64,000 bases of DNA from Eledone cirrhosa (lineage: Eukaryota). The position numbers were made by a program, and so were the translations under genes. The stretch spans positions 11,780,001 to 11,844,000 of the forward strand of contig OZ024742.1 in assembly GCA_964016885.1 (NCBI GenBank), in the 5' to 3' direction. A model generated the notes under the pieces. That model was not told the DNA's origin. It was given only the letters and a program-made list of their open reading frames with translations, and did not search any database. Position 1 is the stretch's first letter, and every line of letters starts with the position of its first letter. This document shows, piece after piece, positions 40,186-52,559 of the stretch.

Positions 40186-42216
40186 TACCATTTATGGATT
40201 TTAGGAATGTTAAATCCCATGTATCCTTGGTAATGGTAGGTAACTCTGTTTTGAAATGGTTAATAAATCTTGTTGAAGGGTGGCTGGTAATGTTTAGTAT
40301 TTTGGTCCCAACTATATATCGGTCGATCAATCGAATCGATCGAGAAGATCCCAGACCTCATTTGCATACCGACAGCAGTGGAACTCGTCAAATCGAACCA
40401 AGGAAATAATGTTTCTATTGGTCTTTCTATTGCTGATACTATCTGTCGGTAGCAACTCCTGTATATAGTTCAGTGCAATATTTATAGCAACGCTATATAT
40501 ATAATTTAAGAGAGCATAGTTTGTTATTTTGTAGAGATTAGTGATTGAATTAGATAAAAATCTGTAGTATGTGTGTTTGGTAATCTCTTATGTGTTTGTG
40601 TTATCAGAATTAATAGGTATGTTTTTGCATGCATTTTTTTTTTTTTTTGTAGTTTCTAATCTTATTTCGAAGCTAGTTTTTTTTTTCCTGAAAACGATTG
40701 ATTTTTCTATTGAATTTTATATTTTTAATCACGAAAAATAAATTCACTTTGAACGGTGTTTGTAAGTTATTAGAAGGAAGAGATATTTACCGTTTAGAAC
40801 CGTATCTGTTTTTCGTTGTATCCTCAGGCAAATGTATTTCATACAACTAAATTTTCCGTTTAATCCTTTTGATGAAATTTTCGATTTTCTGTAGGAAGCA
40901 TTTTAGGTAGACTATATTTGAAGTTATAAGAATATTTTCTTAAGGGAACGTTTATTTGTTGTTGTATATTTAGAATTTCAGTTTATGTTTACAAAAATAT
41001 AATGTCGATGTCTGTTAGCAAAGCAAGAGCTTATTTATTAACATTGGATGTTTGTTTTACGCATGAAAACAAACGCATTAACTACATAAAGAACTCAATA
41101 CATTATCTGGAGTTAAATATATTTAAAACATGACAGTAACTCCTGCTTTGTTAGAGTTAATCTGGCTGTTGAAACCGTGTAAGAAAAAGAACAGATGTTT
41201 ATCATATAGGAAAACACTGAAAGAATCAGAGGTGACAAAAATAGTTGTAATGGTTTATAAATAAAGAAGACGACAAGAAACATCTATAGAAATGATTGAA
41301 GTGAATTTGACGTTAATGTATGTCAGACGAGATGAAAGGTAATAAAATAACAAGATATATAGGGAAAATGTAGGGTGACAATTGAAGTAAGTATAACCAG
41401 AAAACTTGATAAGCTTATATGAATGTATGAATTATGCTAACGACTTATGAAGTTATCAATAGAGAGTTCCAAAACTTGAAAAACGTCAATATTCATTAAG
41501 AACTGATATTGTTGAGGCCTGAAATACAAATAGTATTGTATAGTCAGTGTTAAACAATTTTTGTAAAAACGTATAAAAGAATTTCTTTCAATTCCAACGC
41601 TAATAGTTTCTGTTGTATAAACAAAATTTGCATTATAGTAAATATTATAAATTCAATTAGCCATATAACACAAGGAAATATAAGTGTGTATTATAAATAG
41701 TTTCATATAAACCATGTCATATGATATGACAACAAGAACACGTTAAATCTATATATGAAATATCAACATAGTAACACTGGTAAGAAGTATTTTAATAAAC
41801 ATTGCATTTATTTGCTGTTTGTTTGCATCAAATCGTACGAAAACGACTCTAAAATATACGAGAAGAGACGGAGAAGTTGCTAAGCTGACTATGAAGGAGT
41901 GATGCTAGAATTTCAACTTTTATTAATAACTGCATTGTTTCTTACTAGGAACTATGTTGACAAATAAACCTCATTTCGTCATTCCATGAGTGTATCTTGG
42001 TCAGCCTATAAAAGTTTCAGCCTATGAACTTTTCATTCGACCTTGGTACAATTATGTGATAAGCTCTGTTCATTTAATCAAATAAAATGGCTAAACAAGT
42101 ATTTTTGGTTAGAATAGTAAATAATTATCTTGAAGTTCATCCTAATTTTACTTAGCTAGGGTAAATGTAAAGGCACTAATTCTGAATTACATATGCTTTC
42201 ATATTTCAAAGAAAAG

Positions 42217-42640
42217 TAGGGCGGTGGATTAGCAGTATCGGTAGAAGGTCGGACGCCATGTTTTCCAGCATAGTTACGTCCCTTTACGATCTGAGTTCAA
42301 ATCCCGCCGAGGTTGACTTTGCCTTTCATCCTTACGGGGTCGATAAAATAAAGTACCAGTAATGCACTGGGTAATTGCTAACCTTGTGCCTAAAGTAGAA
42401 ACAATTATTTCAAAGAAAAGTGGATTGGCAGTATCGGTAGTGAGACGGACGCCATGCTTTGCAGCATAAAGTTACGGCCCTTTATGATCGAGTTCAAATC
42501 CCGCCGAGGTTAACTTTGCCTTTCATCCTCACGGGGTCGATAAAATAAAGTACCAGTCACGCACTGGGGGTTGATTTAATCGACCCCCCTCCCCCCAAAA
42601 AAAAAGAAATTGCTAGCCTTGTGCCTATATAAGAAACCAT
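42217..42640 (+). mobile_element. Two tandem SINE family A copies (short then long variant)
   Basis: tatttcaaagaaaag occurs at 42202-16, 42406-20 and 42641-55, bracketing both copies. Confidence 0.93.
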
Positions 42641-44598
42641 TATTTCAAAGAAAAGGATTACCTGACATATGATCAATTATATAATGATTTTCTTAATTTA
42701 GGCACAAAACCTGTTATTTATGGCGAGGCGCAGATCGATTATATCGACCCAATACTTGAATACTATTTTATAATATCGACCCCAGAAAGATGGAAATTAA
42801 AGAAGATGAATTATGCGGGCTTCGAAACCAGAAATTAAAGAACCGCCAGGGAATCCTGCAATGCAACGATTCTGCCAAGTCACCACCCTAAACATGTGTT
42901 AAATAATAAAGATACAAGATATATTTGTTGTTTGATAGCTAATAAAGTCAAGTATACAACACAGGTGAAAATGGTTGGAATGAGAAATTCTATTGGAAAT
43001 AATATGTAAAGTTATAAAGTTATGATTTTCTATAATACACTTCTTAATATTCTATACATATTTCCTTGTATTTTTAATCCAACTTAGATATTGTATATTT
43101 TTATGGCCGTCATCTTTATTTCTAACGACCGAGTGAAAACCTCTCATATCTAACGATATTAAAATGCTACGATTTATGCCTGTTTCAACGTTTTAACCCA
43201 GACTGGTTTACCAGGAACTCTACATAATAACAGATGTTACAGTACTTCCCTAACTGCTTTACTTTTGTCGACCTGCTCATTGCTTAACATTATCTAAGAT
43301 TGGAATTGCTGTGGCATTGTAATATCACTAAGAGACTATAAAATATTATATAAGTATATGTAAAAACCTGTGTATGAGATACTGCAGAAATCGATATATT
43401 TCAGAGAATTCTAGCTCGTTGTGTTCGTGTTAAGAAGCAATACAGTTTGTCATGTCTATAAGGAGATGGAAATAAAACGTGTATCTCTTAAAATGAAATT
43501 GGTAATTACAAGGCTGTTTCAAATTGATAATGTGTATGTAAATTACAATTTGTTATTGAGAACAAAAGTTAAAATATACTACAACGGAAACTTAAAGTAA
43601 AATACGCCACACGTAAAAAATATATCAGATTTAAAAAAATTGACGGGAAATGAAGACAATGGAACCGAGGTAAAAGTATAAAAGATTATATCGTAGAGTG
43701 GATTTAAAGAAAGTAGAAAAATGCTGCAATTTAGCAAAAGATTATAAACACGAACACGTTCACTCAATTTGGTATACAATGAAAAGTAGATAAAGGAAGC
43801 CATCGAATAATTTGGAATAATTGTTGGGTCACAAACTAAATAACTATTTAATTCGAATTAATTTAAGAGCAGTTGATCAAAATAACTAATATATCAACAG
43901 CTTTAGTTGTACATTTAGGGCAGCAATTGATATAATAACCGTAAGAGAAAACATAGAATCTACGTTAAAGCTATTAAACTAATTGAGTAATTGGTGGAAA
44001 TATATTTTAATAAAATATCTGGGTTTATTCCCTGCTATAAGATTCTCTGAAATATATTATATTAAATATATTAGTAGGGAATTTAAAATATATAACCAAA
44101 CATTGGTAATTAGGGAGTATAGCCTGTTGTTTCATATAGTAAATTTCTGTTGAAATTGTAATTTTTGTTACATGCATGTACTGTTATGCTACAGTATATA
44201 TAATTCTAAGAAAGAGTATGTTTGTGTTCAAATCCAGCTGAGGTTAGCTTTGACTTTCATCCTTATTGTGTCGATAAAATAAAGTACCAGTGATGCACTG
44301 GGGTCAATTTAATTAACTTTTCCTTCCTCAAAATTATTGGTCTTGTGCTAAATCAGAAACGATTATTAAACATGTATTTTTGTTCATAATTAGTTATTAT
44401 ACAGATATATTCTCTTATCTTGCTTTGTTTTGTGAGGTGTCGTGTAGAGATTTGCAATTGCCAAATATTGTAAATGCAAGGTGAGCGTTCGTGAGGTTGT
44501 ACTCAAAACGTATAAATTTAACGGTCAAACTTTTAAAATCCTATACCAAGCAATACGTTTGCCTATAATAGAAGAGTCAGGAAAGGTAACACAAGAAG

Positions 44599-44639
44599 AC
44601 TCCTGATGATAAGATTGTGAAATTCTAGAAACGTAGATT
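44599..44639 (+). ncRNA. Degenerate minimal hammerhead motif
   Basis: acTC-CTGATGA-taagattgtgaaattcta-GAAA-C-GTA/GAtt; core intact, stems I and II partly mismatched. Confidence 0.5.
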
Positions 44640-44794
44640 ACATTATGGGCTTAGGTGTGATCTTGTTGCAAACGACCTACAGATGACTTATAGAGGCTTC
44701 TTCTAATAAAGAAGAAGAAACTATGAAACTATAAAATGTCCGTGTCTTTAAAAGATACAGATGTCTGAAAGAAAAGTTGGTCTCCATGTGTGTA

Positions 44795-44946
<152 letters not shown>

Positions 44947-45094
44947 AAGTAATTCCGTCGGAAAAGTCTAGGAAAAAAGAGTGCTCTATGTAGGTAACAG
45001 AGCTTAATAGTTATGTATTAAACAACATAAGGCAATATTTTGCTTTTAAGAAACCACTGGTAAATGGAATAATTGCCTTATGTTGTTTATTACA

Positions 45095-45134
<40 letters not shown>

Positions 45135-45174
45135 TACAAATATTAATAAAATAGATGTTCTTTTGATCAATTAC

Positions 45175-45227
45175 ATTTTATTATACATATTTCGGATGTA
45201 CAACAGTACGTCCTCATCAGACAAAAT
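45175..45227 (-). ncRNA. Type I hammerhead ribozyme
   Basis: AUUUUGU-CUGAUGA-GGAcGUACuguuGUACaUCC-GAAA-UaugUA-UA/AUAAAAU: 7-bp stem I (one GU), long stem II, minimal near-palindromic stem III, AUA site. Confidence 0.82.
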
Positions 45228-45855
45228 ATAATGATACATGACATACCCTGAGATGTTAAATGGTTTAGATTTAATCAAGGTAGTGATTAACCTAAGAGAA
45301 AGTTTAACATTTATACCCTAATAATGAGAAAATGCGAAAACGTAATAAGTTCAATAGAGAATGTGTGAGTAAGAAAAACGTTGGTTAATGTGACAGCTAT
45401 AGAGATTTTAAAATGTATGATACTACTATTTATGTTTATCTAGGAAAACAATCAATGAGAGCCACTGGAATAGGATATATAGAGAGGGAAAGATAAGTGG
45501 TAATATATGTAGAAGGAGATTTTCCGAAAGTTAAACGGTTAAGTTTGAAAATATTTAATTTATGCTATTTTAGGGTGAAGAATCAAGATTTTAGGTTTTT
45601 TTTTTAAATTGCTGGTTATTTATATTTATTAGTTTTGTAAATTCTATATGTGTGTTAACATTTCTAAACTTCGGAATTTTATGAGGATAACTTTTAAAGG
45701 ATTTAGCTGGCCAGCGGAAAGGAAAGTTTACACTGTTGAATATTTTCCTAAATGTAAACTTTACTGAAGATAATCATTGTCAACATATATGGTATCTTAT
45801 GAAGTACTTATTGTTAGAAATATTTAAATAACTATTATGTATATAGATATTTATT

Positions 45856-46042
45856 AATTGTTTCTACTTTAGGCACAAGGCCAGCAATTACCCAGTGCAT
45901 TACTGGTACTTTATTTTATCGACCCCGTAAGGATGAAAGGCAAAGTCAACCTCGGCGGGATTTGAACTCAGGTCGTAAAGGGACGTAACTATGCTGGAAA
46001 GCATAGGGTCCGATCCTCTACCGATACTGCCAATCCACCGCC
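45856..46042 (-). mobile_element. Full-length SINE family A copy with 19-bp TSD
   Basis: tatatagatatttattaat (45840-58) and tatatagatatatattaat (46043-61). Confidence 0.93.
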
Positions 46043-46724
46043 TATATAGATATATATTAATGAGCCAGTATATTTTAGGTAAATGATAACGAAAATAATA
46101 ATAAAATAATAGATTGAGGCATGCTAAAGTTAAATATATACCTATATATAACAGGGTGTAAATGCATTAATTATTCATAGTTCGAAATAAATGATAATCA
46201 ATAAATTTAGAAGTTAACTAAAAATTATGCATAGAAAGATACATGGAGGTATATATGGATATAAATTAGGTATTATTGATATAAATTAGGTATTATTGAT
46301 ACAGTATACTTTAGGTAAATGATAACGGTTATAATTTTATATAATAAAGTTCGAACGTGTTATAGTTAAATACATACATATATATAAGAAAAGCAAGGAA
46401 AGTTTACACTGTTGAATATTTTCCTAAATGTAAACTTTACCGAAGATAATCAATGTCAACATATATGGTATGTAAATCTTATAAAGTACTTATTGTTAGA
46501 AATATTTAAATAACTATTGTGTATATATATATTTATTAATGAGCCAGTATATTTTAGGTAAATGATAAGGAAAAAAAATATAATAGATTGAGGCATGCTA
46601 AAGTTAAATAAATACCTATATATAACAGGGTGTAAATGCATTAATTATTCATAGTTCGAAATAAATAATAATCAAGAAATATAAAACTCATTCTTTGATA
46701 CACTCATTGAATCTTGTTTAACTC

Positions 46725-46771
<47 letters not shown>

Positions 46772-46797
46772 TTCAGCCGTCGGGGTCCTACTCGTTC

Positions 46798-46833
<36 letters not shown>

Positions 46834-46865
46834 GCATATATATATATATATATGTGTGTATGTAC

Positions 46866-46959
<94 letters not shown>

Positions 46960-47021
46960 GTACATACACACATATATATATATATATATGCATTTATATA
47001 TATATATATAAATATATATAA

Positions 47022-47230
47022 AGGAACGAGTAGGACCCCGACGGCTGAATTCAAGCCGTTTCGACGGCTAATTCTGGACTAATTCTGGAAGTCCAGAACT
47101 AGCCGTCGAAACGGCTTGAGCTCAACCGTCGGGGTCCTACTCGTTCCTATTACCCACTCTACTACCCTAAGTATTGAGTACTTTGGTGCGTTATGGTCCA
47201 TCTGGTTCCTTACCACATTTCCTTGGTTAT
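47022..47230 (+). mobile_element. Palindromic mini-element (~59-bp arms + ~80-bp tail) between (TA)n tracts
   Basis: aggaacgagtaggaccccgacggc...gccgtcgaaacggc...gtcggggtcctactcgttcct; homologue in reverse at 62063-62264. Confidence 0.85.
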
Positions 47231-47260
47231 ATATCTATATATATATATATATATATATAT

Positions 47261-47490
47261 AAGTTTTCTGGAGTATAATATTCAATGATATTAAATAAAT
47301 GGAAACTATATTTATAAAACCATATTTATTTTATTAAATTTATTCTATTAATGGTTGGGTTTATAAATATAGTTTCCATTTATTTAATATCATTGAATAT
47401 TATACTCCAGAAAACTTGTCGAGTGCTCTGAATCAGTTATAAACACCTATATTTGTTGAATTACCAACAAATTGAATATCCCTTTTGCTT
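47261..47490 (+). mobile_element. AT-rich fold-back mini-element (56-bp perfect arms + ~70-bp tail) between (TA)n tracts
   Basis: 47261-47316 is the reverse complement of 47362-47417. Confidence 0.7.
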
Positions 47491-47674
47491 ATATATATAT
47501 ATATATATATATAAATATATAGGTTTACATATACATAAACTAGACAGAGCCATAGATATATATATGTGTTATTGGCAACCATCACTTGACCACTGGCCAT
47601 GTGACAGTTCTTAGCCATTTTGAATTCGTTTCTGGCGGGGATCATTTAAGAAAAATCTTTGTCCAATTGAGTTT

Positions 47675-47757
47675 GTTTCCTGATGATTTCGAAATTCATG
47701 AATTTATCCATGATCGGATATTTCCAAAAAGCGAATGAAACCTAATGGGGTAGAAAC
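47675..47757 (+). ncRNA. Type I hammerhead ribozyme, copy 1
   Basis: GTTTC-CTGATGA-tTTCG...CGAAt-GAAA-CCTaatgGGG-TA/GAAAC. Confidence 0.8.
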
Positions 47758-48371
47758 ATAATTTTGGTATGTTTATGTACATTTTTTCTTCTAACTTTGA
47801 TTTTGTACCTAATTGTGTATGGTTAGCTATGTGTCTAGCCAATTTCTACGGGCTATTAGAAAGACGAGGTAAATCCTCTGTGGCTGTTGATCGCAGATAA
47901 AATAGCTATCATTTATTTATCTACTGTTTCTTCATAGGTACATTTTAAACTTATAGCCTCATTTAATTGATTTTTTGTGGTTAATTATGCTGATTGGGAG
48001 GAGAAATACAGTATTCATTTTATCAAATGATTCTATGGACTTACTTTCTTATATATTGCTCTGATTGTTGATTATTTAATTAATTAATTCGTCATTGAGC
48101 CACACCGTGAATGGTTGTCAATAACACATATATCTATCTATGGCTCTGTCTAGTTTATTTATATGTAAACCTATATATTTATATACTCCCATATGGTTGA
48201 GTAACAATTTAAGCAATATTCGGCAGTGCTTTCTAGCAACCAGCCTATTCGCCATCAGGCACCAATCATAAACTTTCTGACTTGACCACTGACTATGTGA
48301 CAGTTCTTAGCCATTTTGAATTCGTTTCTGGGCGGGGATCATTTAAGAAAAATCTTTGTCCAATTGAGTTT

Positions 48372-48455
48372 GTTTCCTGATGATTTCGAAACTCATGAAT
48401 TTATCCATGATCGGATATTTCCAAAAAAGCGAATGAAACTTCATGAGGTAGAAAC
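48372..48455 (+). ncRNA. Type I hammerhead ribozyme, copy 2
   Basis: GTTTC-CTGATGA-tTTCG...CGAAt-GAAA-CTTCatGAGG-TA/GAAAC. Confidence 0.82.
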
Positions 48456-48755
48456 ATAATTTTGGTATGTTTATGTACATTTTTTCTTCTAACTTTGATT
48501 TTGTACCTAATTGTGTATGGTTAGCTGTGTGTCTAGTCAATTTCTATGGGCTATTAGAAATACTAGGTAAATCTTCTGTGGCTGTTGATCGCAGATAAAA
48601 TAGCTATCATTTATTTATCTACTGTTTCTTCATAGGTACATTTTAAACTTATAGCCTCATTTAATTGATTTTTTGTGTGGTTAATTATGCTGATTGGGAG
48701 GAGAAATACTGTATATATTTTATCAAATGATTCTATGGACTTACTTTCTTATACT

Positions 48756-48802
<47 letters not shown>

Positions 48803-49292
48803 CATACGTATACATATGTATATATAGATATGTGTGCGTATGTGTATGTTTGTGTGAGTGTGTGTATAGTGTGTGTGCGAGTGTGTATACACAAACTTTA
48901 GAATTGAATATATGCTACACTTATCTGGCGATGACTGAGTTTATCCTCTGTTTCGGAATAATAACATATAGTGCTTAATAAAATATTTTATTGCGGTTTG
49001 TCTTTGTTTTACATTTTGGTATTAAATAAAATTGAAATTCTGAATTAGTTTTCTTTTATTCATTTAAATAATGTTTCTCATTTCGGAATTGTAAATTAAA
49101 TTCAGAACGAACGGGAACCAGTAAGAAATAAATAGACATGGAAAAGTGGCGAAAAATGTTATTCAATTCAGTAATATTAAGATTAATGGACGTAAGATAT
49201 GGCTAGGATATATGTTTATTGTATAACATTTTACGGGTATATATTCACTGATTGTTTTCTCGGAACAAAGACTTGTACCTAATGACTGACTG

Positions 49293-52200
49293 GAGGTAGT
49301 GTTGTGGTGGTGTGGTGGTGTGGTGGCGGTGTGGTGGTGTGGTGGTGGTGTGGTGGTGGTGTGGTGGTGTTGTGGTGTAGTGTGGTGGTGCAGTGGTGTT
49401 GTGGTGTGGTGTGGTGTGGTGGTGTTGTAGTGTGGTGGTGGTGTGGTGGTGTGGTGATGTGATGATGTGGTGATGTGGTGGTGTGGTGGTGTGGTGATGT
49501 GATGGTGTGGTGGTGTGGTGGTGTGGTGGTGTGGTGGTGTGGTGGTGTGGTGGTGTGGTGGTGTGATGATGTGGTGGTGTGGTGGTGTGGTGGTGTGGTG
49601 GTGTGGTGGTGTGGTGGTGTGGTGGTGGTGGTGTGGTGGTGTGATGGTGTGGTGGTGTGGTGATGTGATGATGTGGTGGTGTGGTGATGTGGTGGTGTGG
49701 TGATGTGGTGGTGTGGTGGTGTGGTGGTGTGGTGGTGTGGTGGTGTGGTGGTGTGATGATGTGGTGGTGTGATGGTGTGGTGGTGTGGTGGTGTGGTGGT
49801 GTGATGGTGTGGTGGTGTGGTGGTGTGGTGGTGTGGTGGTGTGGTGGTGTGGTGGTGTGGTGATGTGTTGGTGTGGTGGTGTGGTGGTGTGGTGGTGTGG
49901 TGATGTGGTGGTGTGGTGGTGTGGTGGTGTGGTGGTGTGGTGGTGTGATGGTGTGGTGGTGTGGTGGTGTGGTGGTGTGGTGGTGTGGTGGTGTGGTGGT
50001 GGTGGTGTGGTGATGTGGTGGTGTGGTGGTGTGGTGGTGGTGGTGTGGTGGTGTGGTGGTGTGGTGGTGTGGTGGTGTGATGATGTGGTGGTGTGGTGGT
50101 GTGGTGGTGTGATGGTATGGTGGTGTGGTGGTGTGGTGGTGTGGTGATGTGATGGTGTGGTGGTGTGGTGGTGTGGTGGTGTGGTGATGTGGTGGTGTGA
50201 TGGTGTGGTGGTGTGATGATGTGGTGGTGTGATGGTGTGGTGGTGGTGGTGTGGTGGTGTGGTGATGTGGTGGTGTGGTGGTGTGGTGGTGTGGTGGTGT
50301 GGTGGTGCGGTGGTGTGGTGGTGTTGTGGTGTGGTGGTGTGGTGGTGTGGTGGTGTGGTGGTGTGATGATGTGGTGGTGTGATGGTGTGGTGGTGTGGTG
50401 GTGTGGTGGTGTGGTGTTGTGGTGGTGTGGTGGTGTGGTGATGTGGTGGTGTGGTGGTATGGTGGTGTGGTGGTGTGGTGGTGTGATGGTGTGGTGGTGT
50501 GGTGGTGTGGTGGTGTGGTGGTGTGGTGGTGTGGTGATGTGATGGTGTGGTGGTGTGGTGGTGTGGTGGTGTGGTGGTGTGGTGGTGGTGGTGTGGTGGT
50601 GTGGTGGTGTGGTGGTGTGGTGGTGTGGTGGTGTGGTGGTGTGGTGATGTGGTGGTGTGGTGGTGTGGTGGTGTGGTGGTGTGGTGGTGTGATGGTGTGG
50701 TGGTGTGGTGGTGTGGTGGTGTGGTGGTGTGGTGGTGTGGTGGTGTGGTGATGTGATATGTGGTGGTGTGGTGGTGTGGTGGTGTGGTGATGTGGTGGTA
50801 TGGTGGTGTGGTGGTGTGGTGGTGTGGTGGTGTGGTGGTGTGGTGGTGTGGTGGTGTGGTGGTGTGATGGTGTGGTGGTGTGGTGGTGTGGTGGTGTGGT
50901 GGTGTGGTGGTGTGGTGGTGTGGTGGATGTGGATGGTGTGGTGTGAGTGGTGGTGTGTGGTGTGTGGTGGTGTGGTGGTGTGTGGTGGTGTGTGGTGGTG
51001 TGAGTGGTGTGGTGGTGTGGTGGTGTGGTGGTGTGGTGTGTGGTGGTTGTGGTGGTGTGGTGGTGTGGTGGTGTGGTGGTGTGTGGGTGTGGTGGTGTGT
51101 GTGTGGTGGGGTGGTGTGGTGGTGTGGTGGTGTGGTGGTGTGGTGGTGATGGTGGTGTGGTGTGTGGTGGTGTGGTGTGGTGGTGTGGTGTTGTGGTGGT
51201 GTGGTGGTGTGGTGGTGTGGTGGTGTGGTGTGTGGTGGTGTGGTGGTGTGGTGGTGTGGTGGTGTGGTGGTGTGGTGGTGGTGTGGATGAGTGTGGTGTG
51301 TGTGTGAGGTGTGGTGGTGTGGTGGTGTGTGTGATGGTGGTGTGGTGGTGGTGGTTGGTGGTGTGTGTGGTGGTGGTGTGGTGGTGTGGTGGTGTGGTGG
51401 TGTGGTGGTGTGGTGGTGGTGGTGGTGTGGTGTGGTGTGTGGTGTGTGGTGGTGTGGTGTGTGGTGGTGTGGTGGTGTGGTGGTGTGGTGGTGTGGTGGT
51501 GTGGTGGTGTGGTGGTGTGATGATGTGGTGGTGTGGTGGTGTGTGGTGTGATGGTGTGATGGTGTGGTGGTGTGGTGGTGTGGTGGTGTGATGGTGTGAT
51601 GGTGTGGTGGTGTGGTGGTGTGGTGGTGTGGTGGTGTGGTGGTGTGGTGGTGTGGTGGTGTGGTGATGTGATGGTGTGGTGGTGTGGTGGTGTGGTGGTG
51701 TGGTGGTGTGGTGGTGTGGTGGTGTGGTGGTGTGGTGGTGTGGTGGTGTGTTGGTGTGGTGGTGTGGTGGTGTGGTGGTGTGATGATGTGGTGGTGTGGT
51801 GATGTGGTGGTGTGGTGGTGTGGTGGTGTGGTGGTGTGGTGGTGTGATGATGTGGTGGTGTGGTGGTGTGGTGGTGTGGTCGTGTGGTGGTGTGGTGGTG
51901 TGGTGGTGTGGTGGTGTGGTGGTGTGGTGGTGTGGTGGTGTGGTGGTGTGGTGGTGTGGTGGTGTGATGATGTGGTGGTGTGGTGGTGTGGTGGTGTGGT
52001 GGTGTGGTGGTGTGGTGATGTGATGATGTGGTGGTGTTGTGGTGTGGTGGTGTGGTGGTGTGGTGGTGTGGTGGTGTGATGGTGTGGTGGTGTGATGGTG
52101 TGGTGATGTGGTGGTGTGATGGTGTGGTGGTGTGGTGGTGTGGTGGTGTGGTGGTGTGGTGGTGTGATGGTGTGGTGGTGTGGTGGTGTGGTGGTGTGGT

Positions 52201-52447
52201 GGTGTGGTGGTGTGGTGGTGTGGTGGTGTGATGATGTGGTGGTGTGGTGATGTGATGGTGTGGTGGTGTGGTGGTGTGGTGGTGTGGTGGTGTGGTGGTG
52301 TGATGATGTGGTGGTGTGGTGGTGTGGTGGTGTGGTGGTGTGGTGGTGTGGTGGTGTGGTGGTGTGGTGGTGTGGTGGTGTGGTGGTGTGATGGTGTGAT
52401 GGTGTGGTGGTGTGGTGGTGTGGTGGTGTGGTGGTGTGGTGGTGTGT
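49293..52447. repeat. 3.15 kb (GTGGTGGT)n octamer satellite
   Basis: 8-bp unit with G>A variants and a disordered middle (~50930-51560); source of the 1085-aa HHHTTTPP ORF. Confidence 0.98.
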
Positions 52448-52559
52448 TTGTTTAACTTGAGTTTAATCTTCTCCAAGAACAATGTCCAATGACGTTCCAG
52501 ACATGACAACTCCGCCTCCGCCAGTCTGTGGAACATCGTGTGTCTAACACATTATTATT

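Larger units (their letters stand above)
45130..46720 (-). mobile_element. Non-coding PLE pLTR-like segment between (TA)n tracts with an internal direct duplication
   Basis: HHR near its left end; ~45721-46205 is repeated at ~46398-46680; boundaries inferred from the flanking TA tracts. Confidence 0.55.
47512..48757 (+). mobile_element. Non-coding element with two ~470-bp direct repeats each carrying an HHR (retrozyme / non-autonomous PLE-like)
   Basis: Direct repeats 47584-48053 and 48280-48753; 47512-47582 is an inverted copy of 48111-48183; (TA)n on both sides. Confidence 0.8.

Noticed and set aside
39190-40409. Pro-rich ORFs open in three frames
   Set aside because: 41-bp SINE-head repeat read antisense.
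49293-52447. Telomeric repeat
   Set aside because: Unit is GTGGTGGT, not TTAGGG, and the array is interstitial.
49279-52536. 1085-aa His/Thr/Pro ORF
   Set aside because: Translation of an 8-bp satellite strand that rarely forms stop codons; no codon-level constraint.
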